Shown: positions 10,235-20,542, numbered from the stretch's first letter. The stretch is 64,000 nt of DNA from Gammaproteobacteria bacterium (GCA_965116495.1 OZ220696.1:3488001-3552000); one strand, 5' to 3'. The notes: generated from the letters alone by a model not told the origin. Program-made: numbers and translations.

Positions 10235-11071
10235 TCAATTCTCCTCTATCGTGTTTGACAGCGTCCCTATCCCTTCCAGCTCCACCTCGACCCTGTCACC
10301 CGGGAACATGTAGAGCGGCGGCTTGCGTTTATAGCCGACCCCGCCGGGTGTGCCGGAAGCGATGATGTCGCCGGACTCCAGGGTGGTGAACGTGGACAGG
10401 TAGGCCAGCAGTACGGGTATGGGGAACAGCATCAGGTCCGTTGTCGTGCTTTGCACCGTTGCGCCGTTCAGACGGGTCTCAAGCCGGAAACCGGCATTGG
10501 GGTCGGGTATTTCCCCGGCCGGGATCATCCAGGGGCCGCAGGCGCCGGTGCCGTCAAAGTTCTTGCCCGGGATGTACTGGGTTGTATGGTTCTGGTAATC
10601 ACGAATCGAGCCGTCCATGAAACAACTGTAGCCGGCGATGTGGTCCAGCGCCTGTTCGGGACGGATGCGCCGGCCCGGCCTGCCGATAATGATGGCCAGT
10701 TCGCCTTCGTAATCGAAATTGTCGCTTTCCCCGGGTTTGAGCAGGGCCTGGCCATGACCTGAGACCGAGGCCGGGAAGCGAGTAAAGATAAGCGGGTATG
10801 TTGTCTTCGCCCCGCCCATTTCAGCCCGGTGCGCGGCGTAATTCTGGCCGATGCAGAGGATACGGGACGGGTCCGGGATGGGCGGCAGGAAGGTAATTTC
10901 GTCCGACGCCACTGTTTTGCCCGTTGCCGCGGCGCCGGCGCAAGCCGCCAGGTTCTGCTTGCGGATAGCGGCTTTCAGGGAGGGTTCACAATGAGTCAGG
11001 TCCGCAATGACCCCGCCGTCCTCCAGGCCCCAGCCCGGTTTGTTATCGTGCAGGTAAGAGACGAAACGCAT
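10235..11071 (-). CDS. Fumarylacetoacetate hydrolase family protein
   Basis: CIGQNY, FDYEGEL, GKNFD and GDIIASGTPGGVG motifs. Start at MRFVSY. Confidence 0.9.
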   Translation of the reverse strand: MRFVSYLHDNKPGWGLEDGGVIADLTHCEPSLKAAIRKQNLAACAGAAATGKTVASDEITFLPPIPDPSRILCIGQNYAAHRAEMGGAKTTYPLIFTRFPASVSGHGQALLKPGESDNFDYEGELAIIIGRPGRRIRPEQALDHIAGYSCFMDGSIRDYQNHTTQYIPGKNFDGTGACGPWMIPAGEIPDPNAGFRLETRLNGATVQSTTTDLMLFPIPVLLAYLSTFTTLESGDIIASGTPGGVGYKRKPPLYMFPGDRVEVELEGIGTLSNTIEEN

Positions 11072-11072
11072 G

Positions 11073-12080
11073 TCAGCTTTCATTCCTGACGGTTCGAAAG
11101 CCGATATGCGCCGCACCCAGCGTGGTTTCCTGCGGATGCCTGGCGGCCGGCCGGTAACGCCGGCAATAATTTTCCGCACATAAATAGGATCCGCCCTTGA
11201 TTACCTTGACCGGCACTCCGGGCTGGCGCGGGTCATGGCCTGTCGCGCCGGCGGGCGCCCGCTGCGAGTTCACCGGGAAATACCAGTCGTCAACCCACTC
11301 CCACACATTGCCGATCATATCGTACAGGTCGAAACCGTTGGCGGGGAAACAGCCTACCGGGGCGCTAGCGGGGAAATTGTCTTCATTGTCATTCATTACC
11401 GGGAATACCCCTTGCCAGGTATTGGCCTGGTGCTTTCCGTCGACCAGGTATTCGCTGCCCCAGGCAAAAGGGGCATTGTCCAGGCCGCCCCGGGCCGCGA
11501 ATTCCCACTGCGCCTCCGTCGGCAGGTCATGTCCCAGCCAGTCTGCAAAAGCCCGGGCGTCCTGGTAGGTGATATGCACGACGGGATGATCATCCCTGCC
11601 TTCGATTGAACTGCCGGGCCCGTCCGGTTCGCGCCAGCTTGCCCCGGGGACGAAGCGCCACCACTGGGTCAGCCTGCCGGCTGGGCCCGTGGGCATGGTA
11701 AATACGACGGAGCCGGGTTGCAGCAGGGCAGGGTCGATGTCCGGAAAGTCGTCCGGGTCCGGCCGGCGTTCCGCCACGGTGACGTAACCGGTCGCGCGCA
11801 CGAACTCGCCGAACCTCGCGTTGGTCACTTCATACCTGTCTATCCAGAAGCCGCCGACCTCCATTTCCTGCGGCGGTCCTTCTTCGGGATAAAACTCTGC
11901 CGCGCCCTTGGTGAAGCTGCCGCCTTCGATCCAGACCATATCGTCCTGTCCTGCCGGTTCGCTGCAGCCTGCCTGAGAGTGAGGCGCGTCACTCACTGTT
12001 TGTCTGCCGTCCATGGCTGCAAAATACCCTAGGACCGCAACGATTACCAGGACGAGTACGATGAGCAGGAATTTCTTCAT
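11073..12080 (-). CDS. Formylglycine-generating enzyme (SUMF1/FGE) family protein with N-terminal anchor
   Basis: HPVVHITYQDA, LPTEAQWEFAARGG, GNVWEW and KGGSYLCAENYCRRYRPAAR, including both catalytic Cys. Confidence 0.9.
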   Translation of the reverse strand: MKKFLLIVLVLVIVAVLGYFAAMDGRQTVSDAPHSQAGCSEPAGQDDMVWIEGGSFTKGAAEFYPEEGPPQEMEVGGFWIDRYEVTNARFGEFVRATGYVTVAERRPDPDDFPDIDPALLQPGSVVFTMPTGPAGRLTQWWRFVPGASWREPDGPGSSIEGRDDHPVVHITYQDARAFADWLGHDLPTEAQWEFAARGGLDNAPFAWGSEYLVDGKHQANTWQGVFPVMNDNEDNFPASAPVGCFPANGFDLYDMIGNVWEWVDDWYFPVNSQRAPAGATGHDPRQPGVPVKVIKGGSYLCAENYCRRYRPAARHPQETTLGAAHIGFRTVRNES

Positions 12081-12183
12081 CAGGCCATATTACCACTATT
12101 CAGTTTGTAACCGGCGTCCGTCGATAATATAATCCCGGCGGCATATTCTCATCGTCATACTCAGGAAGGAAAGACCCGCCGAC

Positions 12184-13065
12184 ATGCCGTATAAACTCGT
12201 CTTACTGGAAACGGCCAGGAAGCTTGCCGAACAACACGATTTTGACGGGGCATCCCTGAGAGAGGCCATTCCTTACCTGGAGGCCTTCCAGGGAAAGAAG
12301 TTCGTTCTCAAGATCGGCGGTTCGGTATTGCAGGATGAACGCCTGATACCGCGACTGGTCAGTGATGTCATCTTTCTGAAGCGCCTGGATATCAATGTGA
12401 TTCTCGTCCACGGCGGCGCCCGGCAACTGGACCGGCGCATGCAATCACTAGGGATGGAGCCGAGCAAGACGGACGGACTCAGGGTGACTTCCCTTGAAGT
12501 CCTGGAACTGGCGAACGAGGTCTTCCTGGATATCAGTTATAAAATCAGGGACGCGGTCGCCAACCGGGGCTACCGGGGCACCATATTCGACCGTTCCAGC
12601 GGCCTGGTCTGTTCCAGACGGAAACATGCCGACCTGGGTTACGTCGGCGAACCGGTGCGCGTGAATACGCCTTTGCTCGAGCAACTGCCGGCAGAAGCTG
12701 TCCCCATCGTTACGGCGATTACCTCAGGCGAGGAATCTCGGGAGCCCGGTTACAACGTCAATGCCGATGAAGTGGCCAGCGCCATCGCCCGGGAGATCAA
12801 GGCGGAAAAACTGATCCTGATGACCGATGAGGACGGGGTGAAGGACGGCCGCGGCGACTTGTTGCCGTCGCTCACGCAGCAACAGGCGGAAGCCCTTATC
12901 AAATCAGGGGTAATTCATGGCGGAATGATTCCCAAGGTGCAAGCCTGCCTGGAACCGCTGCAACACGGAGTCGGAAAGTCTCATATCATCAAGGGAGACG
13001 TCGATTCCTTTATCAACGAGATACTGACCGATGCCGGCGTCGGCACGGAATTCGTCCGCGAATAG
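12184..13065 (+). CDS. argB: Acetylglutamate kinase
   Basis: VLKIGGS, LVHGGA, GLRVT, NVNADEVA and GGMIPKVQAC motifs. Confidence 0.88.
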   Translation: MPYKLVLLETARKLAEQHDFDGASLREAIPYLEAFQGKKFVLKIGGSVLQDERLIPRLVSDVIFLKRLDINVILVHGGARQLDRRMQSLGMEPSKTDGLRVTSLEVLELANEVFLDISYKIRDAVANRGYRGTIFDRSSGLVCSRRKHADLGYVGEPVRVNTPLLEQLPAEAVPIVTAITSGEESREPGYNVNADEVASAIAREIKAEKLILMTDEDGVKDGRGDLLPSLTQQQAEALIKSGVIHGGMIPKVQACLEPLQHGVGKSHIIKGDVDSFINEILTDAGVGTEFVRE

Positions 13066-13122
13066 CTGAAAATCGGACTCCCTGTCATGCAGAGAACGCG
13101 CTGAGACTTAATCAGGGGTTCC

Positions 13123-13962
13123 TCAAGTAATTGCATCCGGCGGATAATCAGCCGGGTCGAACTGGGGTTCGGGGAAGCGGGGGTTCATGTCTTCAAGGTT
13201 GTCGACCAGCAGTTGGCTGATTACCAGGTTGCGAAACCAGCGGTTTTCCGAGGGGATAACATACCAGGGCGCATAAGCAGTGGAACAGCGCCGCAGCGCG
13301 AGATTATAGGCTTCCATGTAGTCATCCCAGCGTTCCCGGTCGCGCAGGTCCTCCGGGAAGAATTTCCAGTGCTTGTCAGGGCGCCGCAGCCGCCGTTTCA
13401 AGCGTTTCAACTGGTAGTCTTTTGAAATGTGCAGCATGATCTTGACGATACGGGTGCCGTGGTCGCTGAGCATCCTTTCGAAGTCATTGATATGGCCGTA
13501 GCGTTTGTCGATAAGGTCGAGCGGCGCCAGGTTATGGACGCGCGCGATCAACACATCCTCGTAATGGGAGCGGTTGAATACGCCGATACCGCCTTTGCGG
13601 GGCGCGTGCGAGTGTACACGCCAGAGAAAATCCCGCGCCCGTTCCGCGCTGCTGGGTGACTTGAAGTTCGTTACCCGGCAGGCCATGGGGTTCAGCGGCG
13701 CCATGACGTGGCGGATGACGCTGTCCTTGCCGGCGGTATCCATGGCCTGCAGCACCAGCAGCAGGGACTGTTTTGACTCGGCAAACAGGCGTTGTTGCAA
13801 CTCGTCCAATTGCGCCTGGACCTGTGCCAGTTGTTCACCCACTACCAGTTTGTCGCGCTCTTTTTCCAGTCCCTGGGTGTCCCGGGGGTCGATATTGTCG
13901 AGCGAAAACGAGCCTTTTGTCGGCACGCGGTATTTTTTGTAATCCAATGAGAACCAGGCCAT
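13123..13962 (-). CDS. ppk2: Polyphosphate kinase 2 family (class III-like) phosphotransferase
   Basis: QAMDTAGKDS Walker A and FNRSHYEDVL Walker B; DKHWKF and APWYVIP motifs. Confidence 0.9.
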   Translation of the reverse strand: MAWFSLDYKKYRVPTKGSFSLDNIDPRDTQGLEKERDKLVVGEQLAQVQAQLDELQQRLFAESKQSLLLVLQAMDTAGKDSVIRHVMAPLNPMACRVTNFKSPSSAERARDFLWRVHSHAPRKGGIGVFNRSHYEDVLIARVHNLAPLDLIDKRYGHINDFERMLSDHGTRIVKIMLHISKDYQLKRLKRRLRRPDKHWKFFPEDLRDRERWDDYMEAYNLALRRCSTAYAPWYVIPSENRWFRNLVISQLLVDNLEDMNPRFPEPQFDPADYPPDAIT

Positions 13963-14163
13963 GTATCCCTCCCGGGATGTGATTTTTAAAGCGCCAATAC
14001 GATAACATTAAAGCGGTCGGATAACGAGACGAATGCTATGATTGCATGCTGATTGCTCGTTGAAAAGTGCGCTTATCTCCCTTAGTATCTGTGGGAAAGA
14101 ATAAATATCCCGAAAAAGTCTGAAATTAACGACCTTCCTGCCGATGGAAGTAGACGCCCTGAT

Positions 14164-14967
14164 ATGTTGAATGACGCACAGATCGCCAGAGCCGCCGCAG
14201 CCATCCACGCAGCGGAAACCAATCGCAGGCAGGCACGGGCAATAACCTTTGAACATCCTGACATGAGCCTTGATGATGCCTATCGCATCCAGGCGCAATG
14301 GATGGCAATCAAACAGTCTGAGGGGCGAGAAATAAGAGGATACAAGATCGGCCTGACTTCGCGTGCGATGCAGATGGCCATGCACATTGACGAACCGGAT
14401 TACGGCACCTTGCTGGATGACATGTTTTTTACAGACGGCGCCGTGATAGATGCCGGAAAATTTACCGATCCCAGGATAGAAGTCGAGTTGGCGTTTATCC
14501 TGAAGGACCGGTTGGCAGGTGAAAACGCGACCATCGCTGACGTGCTGGATGCAACGGATTACGTCGTGCCCGCCCTGGAACTGATCGCAGCCCGCACCTA
14601 CCGGGTCGATCCGGATAGCGGTTACGTGCGCAGGATACAGGACACCATTGCCGACAACGCTGCCGGCGCCGGCGTCATCATGGGAGAACAGCGCATTAAA
14701 CCCGGCAATATGGACCTGCGCTGGTGCGGCGCCCTGCTTTACCGCAACGGTGTGGTGGAAGAGACCGGCCTGGCCGCGGGTGTGCTGGATCATCCTGCCA
14801 ACGGGATAGCCTGGATCGCAAAACGCTTTACGCCCCACGGTATCGCGCTGGAACCCGGCCAGGTGCTGCTGTCCGGTTCGTTTACCCGGCCAGTCATCGC
14901 CAGCCCGGGTGATGTGTTCCGTGCCGATTACGGCAACCTGGGAAGTATCGATTGCCGCTTCACGTAA
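14164..14967 (+). CDS. hpaH: 2-oxo-hept-3-ene-1,7-dioate hydratase
   Basis: GYKIGLTSRAMQ, IDEPDYG, PRIEVELAF, DTIADNAA and EETGLAAGVLDHPANG motifs; hpa cluster context. Confidence 0.92.
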   Translation: MLNDAQIARAAAAIHAAETNRRQARAITFEHPDMSLDDAYRIQAQWMAIKQSEGREIRGYKIGLTSRAMQMAMHIDEPDYGTLLDDMFFTDGAVIDAGKFTDPRIEVELAFILKDRLAGENATIADVLDATDYVVPALELIAARTYRVDPDSGYVRRIQDTIADNAAGAGVIMGEQRIKPGNMDLRWCGALLYRNGVVEETGLAAGVLDHPANGIAWIAKRFTPHGIALEPGQVLLSGSFTRPVIASPGDVFRADYGNLGSIDCRFT

Positions 14968-15048
14968 AAAAAGGGGACAGATTTATTTTTCGGAATAATG
15001 AGGCACATGTTAGTGTGATGGAGGAAACATAAATCTGTCCCCTTTTTT
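14967..15048. repeat. GGGGACAG...CTGTCCCC inverted repeat between hpaH and hpaI
   Basis: aaaaaaggggacagatttat ... ataaatctgtcccctttttt. Confidence 0.85.
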
Positions 15049-15101
15049 GAATATCCGTTGTCATCTGTGGTAGACACTAAATATTAATCCAGGAGATGAA
15101 A

Positions 15102-15884
15102 ATGGAATTACCCATTAACCGCCTGAAACAGGCCCTGGCAGCCGGCCGCACGCAATACGGCCTGTGGCTGGGTTTGCCGGACACCACCTGCGCCGAGATC
15201 TGTGCCGGGGCTGGCTTTGACTGGCTGGTCATCGACGCGGAGCACGGTCCATTCGACCTGCCTGCGGTACTCAGCCATTTACAGGCCATCGCAGCCTACG
15301 ACGTTGCGGCCGCCGTGCGTCCGGTATCGGATGATCGCAATGTATTGAAACAACTCCTGGATACGGGCGCACAGACCCTGGTGGTGCCGATGGTCGAATC
15401 AGCCGAACAGGCGGCAGAACTGGTCCGGTCGGTGCGCTACCCGCCTGCCGGTGTGCGCGGTCTCGGTACATCCCTGGCAAGGGCGGCGCGCTGGGCCAGG
15501 ATACCCGGATACCTGCACAAGGCGAACGAGCAGATCTGCCTGTTCGTACAGGTTGAGACCCTGCGCGCGGTACAGGCGTTACCCGGCATACTGCAAGTCA
15601 GCGGTGTTGACGGCGTATTTATCGGACCGTCCGACTTGTCAGCTTCCATGGGGCATACCGGCAACGCCCGCCACCCGGACGTCGTCAAGGTGATCCGGGA
15701 TATCCTGCACAAGACCCGCGCGGCAGGCAAGGCAGCGGGCATACTCGTCCTTGACCCGGCCCAGGCACAGGAATACCGGGACTGCGGCGCCAACATGATC
15801 GGCATCGGCACGGATACCTTGCTGCTCGCCAACAGCGCGCAGCGTCTTGCCGGCAGCGTCAGAGATGAAAAAGATCAGGATTAA
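15102..15884 (+). CDS. hpaI: 4-hydroxy-2-oxoheptanedioate aldolase (HpcH/HpaI)
   Basis: GFDWLVIDAEHGP, RYPPAGVRG and VDGVFIGPSDLSASMG motifs; AGGAG RBS 6 nt before ATG 15102. Confidence 0.92.
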   Translation: MELPINRLKQALAAGRTQYGLWLGLPDTTCAEICAGAGFDWLVIDAEHGPFDLPAVLSHLQAIAAYDVAAAVRPVSDDRNVLKQLLDTGAQTLVVPMVESAEQAAELVRSVRYPPAGVRGLGTSLARAARWARIPGYLHKANEQICLFVQVETLRAVQALPGILQVSGVDGVFIGPSDLSASMGHTGNARHPDVVKVIRDILHKTRAAGKAAGILVLDPAQAQEYRDCGANMIGIGTDTLLLANSAQRLAGSVRDEKDQD

Positions 15885-16635
15885 TACCGATGGAACGTTG
15901 CGGGTGGCTACAGTCGATGAGCGGGCCTGTCTCCACCTGGACGGCAGGACAATGGCGCTGGCAGAGACCAGGTTGCTGCCCGTTACCGATCAACCGGTCA
16001 TCTGCGTCGCGCTGAATTACGCTGATCATTACGCCCGACTCGAACACACATTTCATCAACCTCCGCACCAACAGCCGCCGCGCCAACCCGTATTTTTCAT
16101 CAAACCCCCGAATACGCTGGCGGGACACTTGAGTGACGTGCCGTACCCGGACGCCGTTGACCATATATACACCGGTGCGGGCCTGGCTTTCGTGATCGGC
16201 CGGCGGGCTTCCCGGGTCGACCGGGAGCAGGGGTTGGACTATGTCAGCGGCTATACCATCTTCAATGATTTCAGCCTTGCCGAGGAAAGCTACCTGAGGC
16301 CGCCCATCGCCGGCAAGTGCCATGACGGCTTCGGTCCGGCAGGGCCCTATATCGTTGACCGGGGCGAAATCACCGATCCCCATAACCTCACGATCTCGAC
16401 ATATGTGAACGGAGAACCGCGGCAAACTGCCAGTACGGCGGACCTGAGGGTCCCCATCCCCGCCATCATCGAGTCCCTGACCGAATTTATGACTCTGTCC
16501 CAGGGCATGGTGGTCGTGAGCGGTTTTCCCGACGGGCGGGTTGCGGTGAAGCCGGGGGATGAGGTCAGGGTCGAGATAGAACAGATTGGTTCGTTGGTGA
16601 ATCATGTTGTAGCAGCAACGGAATTTTACTCCTGA
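15865..16635 (+). CDS. hpaG: HpaG N-terminal subunit (isomerase/decarboxylase, FAH family)
   Basis: CVALNYADH, PVFFIKPPNT and GYTIFND motifs; paired with a second FAH gene as in split hpaG1/hpaG2. Confidence 0.8.
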   Translation: MKKIRINTDGTLRVATVDERACLHLDGRTMALAETRLLPVTDQPVICVALNYADHYARLEHTFHQPPHQQPPRQPVFFIKPPNTLAGHLSDVPYPDAVDHIYTGAGLAFVIGRRASRVDREQGLDYVSGYTIFNDFSLAEESYLRPPIAGKCHDGFGPAGPYIVDRGEITDPHNLTISTYVNGEPRQTASTADLRVPIPAIIESLTEFMTLSQGMVVVSGFPDGRVAVKPGDEVRVEIEQIGSLVNHVVAATEFYS

Positions 16636-16686
16636 CACGGTCCAAACCCATCCATAGCTATGTGGCCCCCATGATTTGAATATAAG

Positions 16687-17469
16687 ATGAAAACGGCAAG
16701 AGTGAAAATTGATAACCGGGTAGAGTTGGTGGGCGTGAACGACGATTACAGCGTTGTCGGCGCGGACGGCAGGACCTGGCAGGAGGATGAAGTGACGTGG
16801 CTGCCGCCGCAGCACGGTACCGTGTTCGCGCTGGGATTGAATTACGCCGACCATGCGTCCGAACTGGCATTCAAGGCGCCCAAGGAGCCCCTGGTTTTTT
16901 TGAAAACGCCCAATACGTTTGTCGGGCACAGGCAGCGCAGCTACCGGCCCGACCATGTCGATTACATGCACTACGAGGCGGAACTGGTCGCCGTGATCGG
17001 GACCACGGCGCGTAAGGTGAGACAGCAGGATGCCATGGATTACGTGGCCGGTTATACCCTGTGCAACGATTACGCGGTGCGGGATTACCTGGAAAACTAT
17101 TACCGGCCGAACCTGCGGGTCAAGTGCCGGGATTCATTGTCCCCGTTAGGGCCGTATGTCATTGGCCGGGACGACATTGGCGACCCCCACGATTTGAGGC
17201 TCCGCACCCGGGTCAACGGGGAGGTGCGGCAGGAAGGGACGACTGCCGACATGTTATTCAGGATCCCTTTTTTAATCGAATACCTGTCCGCATTCATGAC
17301 CCTGCAAGCGGGGGACATGATATCGACCGGCACGCCGAAAGGACTCGCGGACGTGCAACCGGGAGATGAGGTGGTGATTGAAGTTGAACAAGTGGGTCGT
17401 TTGATCAATTATGTGGTCAGCGAGCGGGAGTATTTCAGTGGCCAGGGATCAGGGGCTGGGGATTATTGA
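16687..17469 (+). CDS. hpaG: HpaG C-terminal subunit (5-carboxymethyl-2-oxo-hex-3-ene-1,7-dioate decarboxylase)
   Basis: FALGLNYADHASEL, MHYEAEL, DYAVRDYLENYYRPNLRVK and GTPKGLADV motifs. Confidence 0.88.
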   Translation: MKTARVKIDNRVELVGVNDDYSVVGADGRTWQEDEVTWLPPQHGTVFALGLNYADHASELAFKAPKEPLVFLKTPNTFVGHRQRSYRPDHVDYMHYEAELVAVIGTTARKVRQQDAMDYVAGYTLCNDYAVRDYLENYYRPNLRVKCRDSLSPLGPYVIGRDDIGDPHDLRLRTRVNGEVRQEGTTADMLFRIPFLIEYLSAFMTLQAGDMISTGTPKGLADVQPGDEVVIEVEQVGRLINYVVSEREYFSGQGSGAGDY

Positions 17470-17492
17470 AAACTGGGTAACTGTAAGAATTG

Positions 17493-19013
17493 ATGACCAG
17501 ACAATTAGAAGAAAACCTGAAAAAGGCCGAAGGCTATTTACAGCGCTTCAGGGAGAACGTCAGCGCGCACTATATTAACGGAGAAGCATGTCCGGCCGTT
17601 TCCAGTGAGACTTTTGAGAACCTGACGCCGGCGGATAATACCTCGCTCGGACTCGTTGCCGCAGGTTCGGCTGCCGATGTCGACCACGCCTGCCGGGCTG
17701 CCCAGGAAGCCTTTCCCGGCTGGTCCCGTACCTCCGGGAAAGATCGCAGGAAAATCCTCAACCGCTTTGCCGGCCTGGTCGAACAGCGGGCCGAGGAGAT
17801 TGCCCTGGTGGAAAGCATGGACTGCGGCCAGCCGATCCGCTTCATGCGCGCGGCCGCGGCGCGCGGCGCCGATAACTTCCGTTTCTTCGCCGACAAGGCG
17901 CCGGAGGCCGGCAACGGCCTGTCATTGCACCAGGATGAACACCTTAATTACACGAAACGGACACCCATCGGGCCGGTAGGCGTGATCACGCCGTGGAATA
18001 CGCCGTTCATGTTGTCTACCTGGAAGATCGCGCCGGCCTTGGCCGCCGGGTGCACCGTGGTGCACAAGCCGGCGGAATTCAGCCCCCTGTCAGCCATGAT
18101 CCTGGCGGAAATAAGCAGCGAGGCCGGCTTGCCGGACGGGGTATGGAACACCGTCAACGGCTTCGGTGAGGTTGCCGGTAAAGCGTTGACCGAGCATCCT
18201 GCCATCAAGGCCATCGGGTTCGTGGGAGAAACGGTGACCGGAACCCACATCATGCGCCAGGCCGCGGCCACACTGAAAAGAATACACGTGGAACTGGGCG
18301 GCAAGAACCCTGTTATCGTATTTGACGACACAGATTTCGACCGGGCCCTGGATGCGGTCGTATTCATGATCTACAGCCTGAACGGTCAACGCTGTACCTC
18401 CAGCAGCCGCCTGCTGATACAACACGGTATCGCTGACCGGTTCCTGGCTGCGCTGGAACAGCGGGTTAACAGTATCAGGGTGGGTCACCCGCTGGATCCA
18501 GCCACCGAGATAGGGCCGCTGATCCATCCGAGCCACCTGGAAAAGGTGCTGGGTTACGTGGATGCGGCACGGCAGGAGCACGCGACGCTTGCCGCGGGGG
18601 GCGTATTGGTGAATGAACTCGGCCCCGGCAATTATCTCCGGCCCACCCTGTTTACCGGCGCAACCAGCGAGATGAAGATCGCGCGGGAAGAGATCTTCGG
18701 CCCGGTACTGACGGTGATCCCCTTTGCCACGGAACAGGACGCGGTAACCCTGGCCAATGATACCCCGTACGGTCTGGCAGGTTATGTCTGGACCGCTGAC
18801 TCCGGGCGCGGTATCCGCATGGCGGAGGCCCTGGAAGCGGGCATGGTCTGGGTGAATTCGGAGAATAACCGCAACCTACCGTCGCCATTCGGCGGGATGA
18901 AGCAGAGCGGGATCGGTCGGGATGGTGGTGACTACAGTTTTGATTTTTATATGGAAACCAAAAACATCTGTATCGCACATGGGACGCACAGGATTCCTGT
19001 GCTTGGTAGGTAG
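17493..19013 (+). CDS. hpaE: 5-carboxymethyl-2-hydroxymuconate semialdehyde dehydrogenase
   Basis: ITPWNTPFMLSTWK, ELGGKNP, SLNGQRCTSSSR, EEIFGPV and GRDGGDYSFDFY motifs. Confidence 0.93.
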   Translation: MTRQLEENLKKAEGYLQRFRENVSAHYINGEACPAVSSETFENLTPADNTSLGLVAAGSAADVDHACRAAQEAFPGWSRTSGKDRRKILNRFAGLVEQRAEEIALVESMDCGQPIRFMRAAAARGADNFRFFADKAPEAGNGLSLHQDEHLNYTKRTPIGPVGVITPWNTPFMLSTWKIAPALAAGCTVVHKPAEFSPLSAMILAEISSEAGLPDGVWNTVNGFGEVAGKALTEHPAIKAIGFVGETVTGTHIMRQAAATLKRIHVELGGKNPVIVFDDTDFDRALDAVVFMIYSLNGQRCTSSSRLLIQHGIADRFLAALEQRVNSIRVGHPLDPATEIGPLIHPSHLEKVLGYVDAARQEHATLAAGGVLVNELGPGNYLRPTLFTGATSEMKIAREEIFGPVLTVIPFATEQDAVTLANDTPYGLAGYVWTADSGRGIRMAEALEAGMVWVNSENNRNLPSPFGGMKQSGIGRDGGDYSFDFYMETKNICIAHGTHRIPVLGR

Positions 19014-19016
19014 GGT

Positions 19017-19123
19017 ACAGGTTTGAATATGCATTTTAAGACACGCTGTGAATACATCCCTGTACGCTTGGTCCATCCGCTGTCCCTGCGGATGACAGTC
19101 TTAAAATGCACATCCAAACCTGT
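19017..19123. repeat. Palindromic (MITE/REP-like) insertion with 26-bp terminal inverted repeats
   Basis: acaggtttgaatatgcattttaagac (19017-19042) matches the reverse complement of 19098-19123 at 24/26 positions; internal small hairpins. Confidence 0.8.
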
Positions 19124-19257
19124 CGGCATCCTGCGATTACTGGTTCCTGGTCAGGCTGTGGAGGAAAGGATGGGTGCGTTCTTGAAAATGCTATGCCAAC
19201 CTGTCGGTATTCTGTGATTACGGGTTTCCAGTCTGGCTGGGGAGGGAAGTATGGGTG
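19117..19257 (+). repeat. Imperfect tandem duplication (81-bp period) that includes the hpaD RBS and start
   Basis: 19117-19176 and 19198-19257 are 49/60 identical by manual alignment; both end in GGAGG..ATGGGTG. Confidence 0.85.
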
Positions 19258-20099
19258 AAATCGTATTAGCCGCAAAGATTACGCATGTGCCGTCGATGTA
19301 CCTGTCGGAGTTGCCCGGGCCGCACCAGGGATGCCGGGAGGATGCCATTGAAGGCCACCGGGAGCTTAGCCGGCGGGCGCGGGAGCGGGGCGCGGATACG
19401 GCGCTGGTGTTTGACGTGCACTGGCTGGTGAACAGCGGTTACCACATTAACAGCGGCGAACATTTCGAGGGGGTGTATACCAGCCATGAACTGCCCCATT
19501 TCATCAAGGACATGGCCTATGAGTATGACGGCAACCCCGCCCTGGGCGACCTGGTTGCCGAGTGCGCCAATGCCCGGGGGATCAATACCCGGTCACACCA
19601 CATCGAGAGCCTGGCGCTTGAGTACGGCACCCTGGTGCCGATGCGCTACATGAACCAGGACCGGCATTTCAAGGTGGTCTCCGTCGCGGCCTGGTGCGCC
19701 TGGCACGACCTGAACGATTCCAGGGTCTTCGGCGAGGCGGTGAGGACCGCCATAGAAAAAAGCGACAGTAAGGTCATGGTGTTGGCCAGCGGGTCCTTAT
19801 CGCACCGTTTCAACGACAACTCCAACGCCGGCGACAGGATATTCCAGATCAGCGACGAATTTTACCAGCAGACGGACCTGCGCGTGGTGGATTTATGGAA
19901 ACAGGGAGATTTCAAGACGTTTACGGAAATGTTCCACGAGTACGCCTACCGCTGTCATGGCGAGGGCTGGATGCACGACACCGCGATGTTGCTGGGCATG
20001 CTGGGCTGGGACGCCTACGACAGACCGGTGGAAATCATCAGTGATTATTTCCCCAGTTCCGGCACCGGCCAGATCAACGCGGAATTTCCGGTAATCTGA
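19251..20099 (+). CDS. hpaD: 3,4-dihydroxyphenylacetate 2,3-dioxygenase
   Basis: LAAKITHVPSMYLSE, VFDVHWLVNSGYH, ELPHFI, EYGTLVPMRY and SSGTGQINA motifs. Confidence 0.94.
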   Translation: MGEIVLAAKITHVPSMYLSELPGPHQGCREDAIEGHRELSRRARERGADTALVFDVHWLVNSGYHINSGEHFEGVYTSHELPHFIKDMAYEYDGNPALGDLVAECANARGINTRSHHIESLALEYGTLVPMRYMNQDRHFKVVSVAAWCAWHDLNDSRVFGEAVRTAIEKSDSKVMVLASGSLSHRFNDNSNAGDRIFQISDEFYQQTDLRVVDLWKQGDFKTFTEMFHEYAYRCHGEGWMHDTAMLLGMLGWDAYDRPVEIISDYFPSSGTGQINAEFPVI

Positions 20100-20109
20100 G
20101 GATATTGAT

Positions 20110-20517
20110 ATGCCCCATTTCATCCTGGAGTATTCAGCCAATATCAAGGACGACCTGGACCTGGACGGGTTATTCAGGTCCCTGCATGAAACCGCGCTGG
20201 AGACCGGTGTCTTTCCCCTGGGCGGTATCCGCTTTCGCGCCGTTCGTTGCGATGATTACCTGATCGCCGACGCCGACCCGCAAAACGCCTTTGTGCATTT
20301 AACCGCCAAAATAGGCCGCAGGCGGGAGCCTGACGTCAGGCAGTCTGTCGCTGAGAAGATATTCGATACCCTGGTCGAATACCTGGATTCCCTCTACCGG
20401 CAACGGCCGTTGGCCATCTCGTTCGAACTGACCGAACTGGCCATGGGGCTGAGTTTCAGAAAGAACAACATCCACGAGAAGATAAAGCAGAAGCAAAGCG
20501 CAGATCAGGCCCAGTAA
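20110..20517 (+). CDS. hpaF: 5-carboxymethyl-2-hydroxymuconate delta-isomerase
   Basis: N-terminal PHFILEYSAN (catalytic Pro1), FPLGGIRFRA and KNNIH motifs. Confidence 0.92.
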   Translation: MPHFILEYSANIKDDLDLDGLFRSLHETALETGVFPLGGIRFRAVRCDDYLIADADPQNAFVHLTAKIGRRREPDVRQSVAEKIFDTLVEYLDSLYRQRPLAISFELTELAMGLSFRKNNIHEKIKQKQSADQAQ

Positions 20518-20542
20518 ACCGCCAGACCGTCATTCCTGTAAA

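Noticed and set aside
19117-19257. Possible CRISPR array
   Set aside because: Only two degenerate ~81-bp units, with no repeat-spacer structure and no cas genes.
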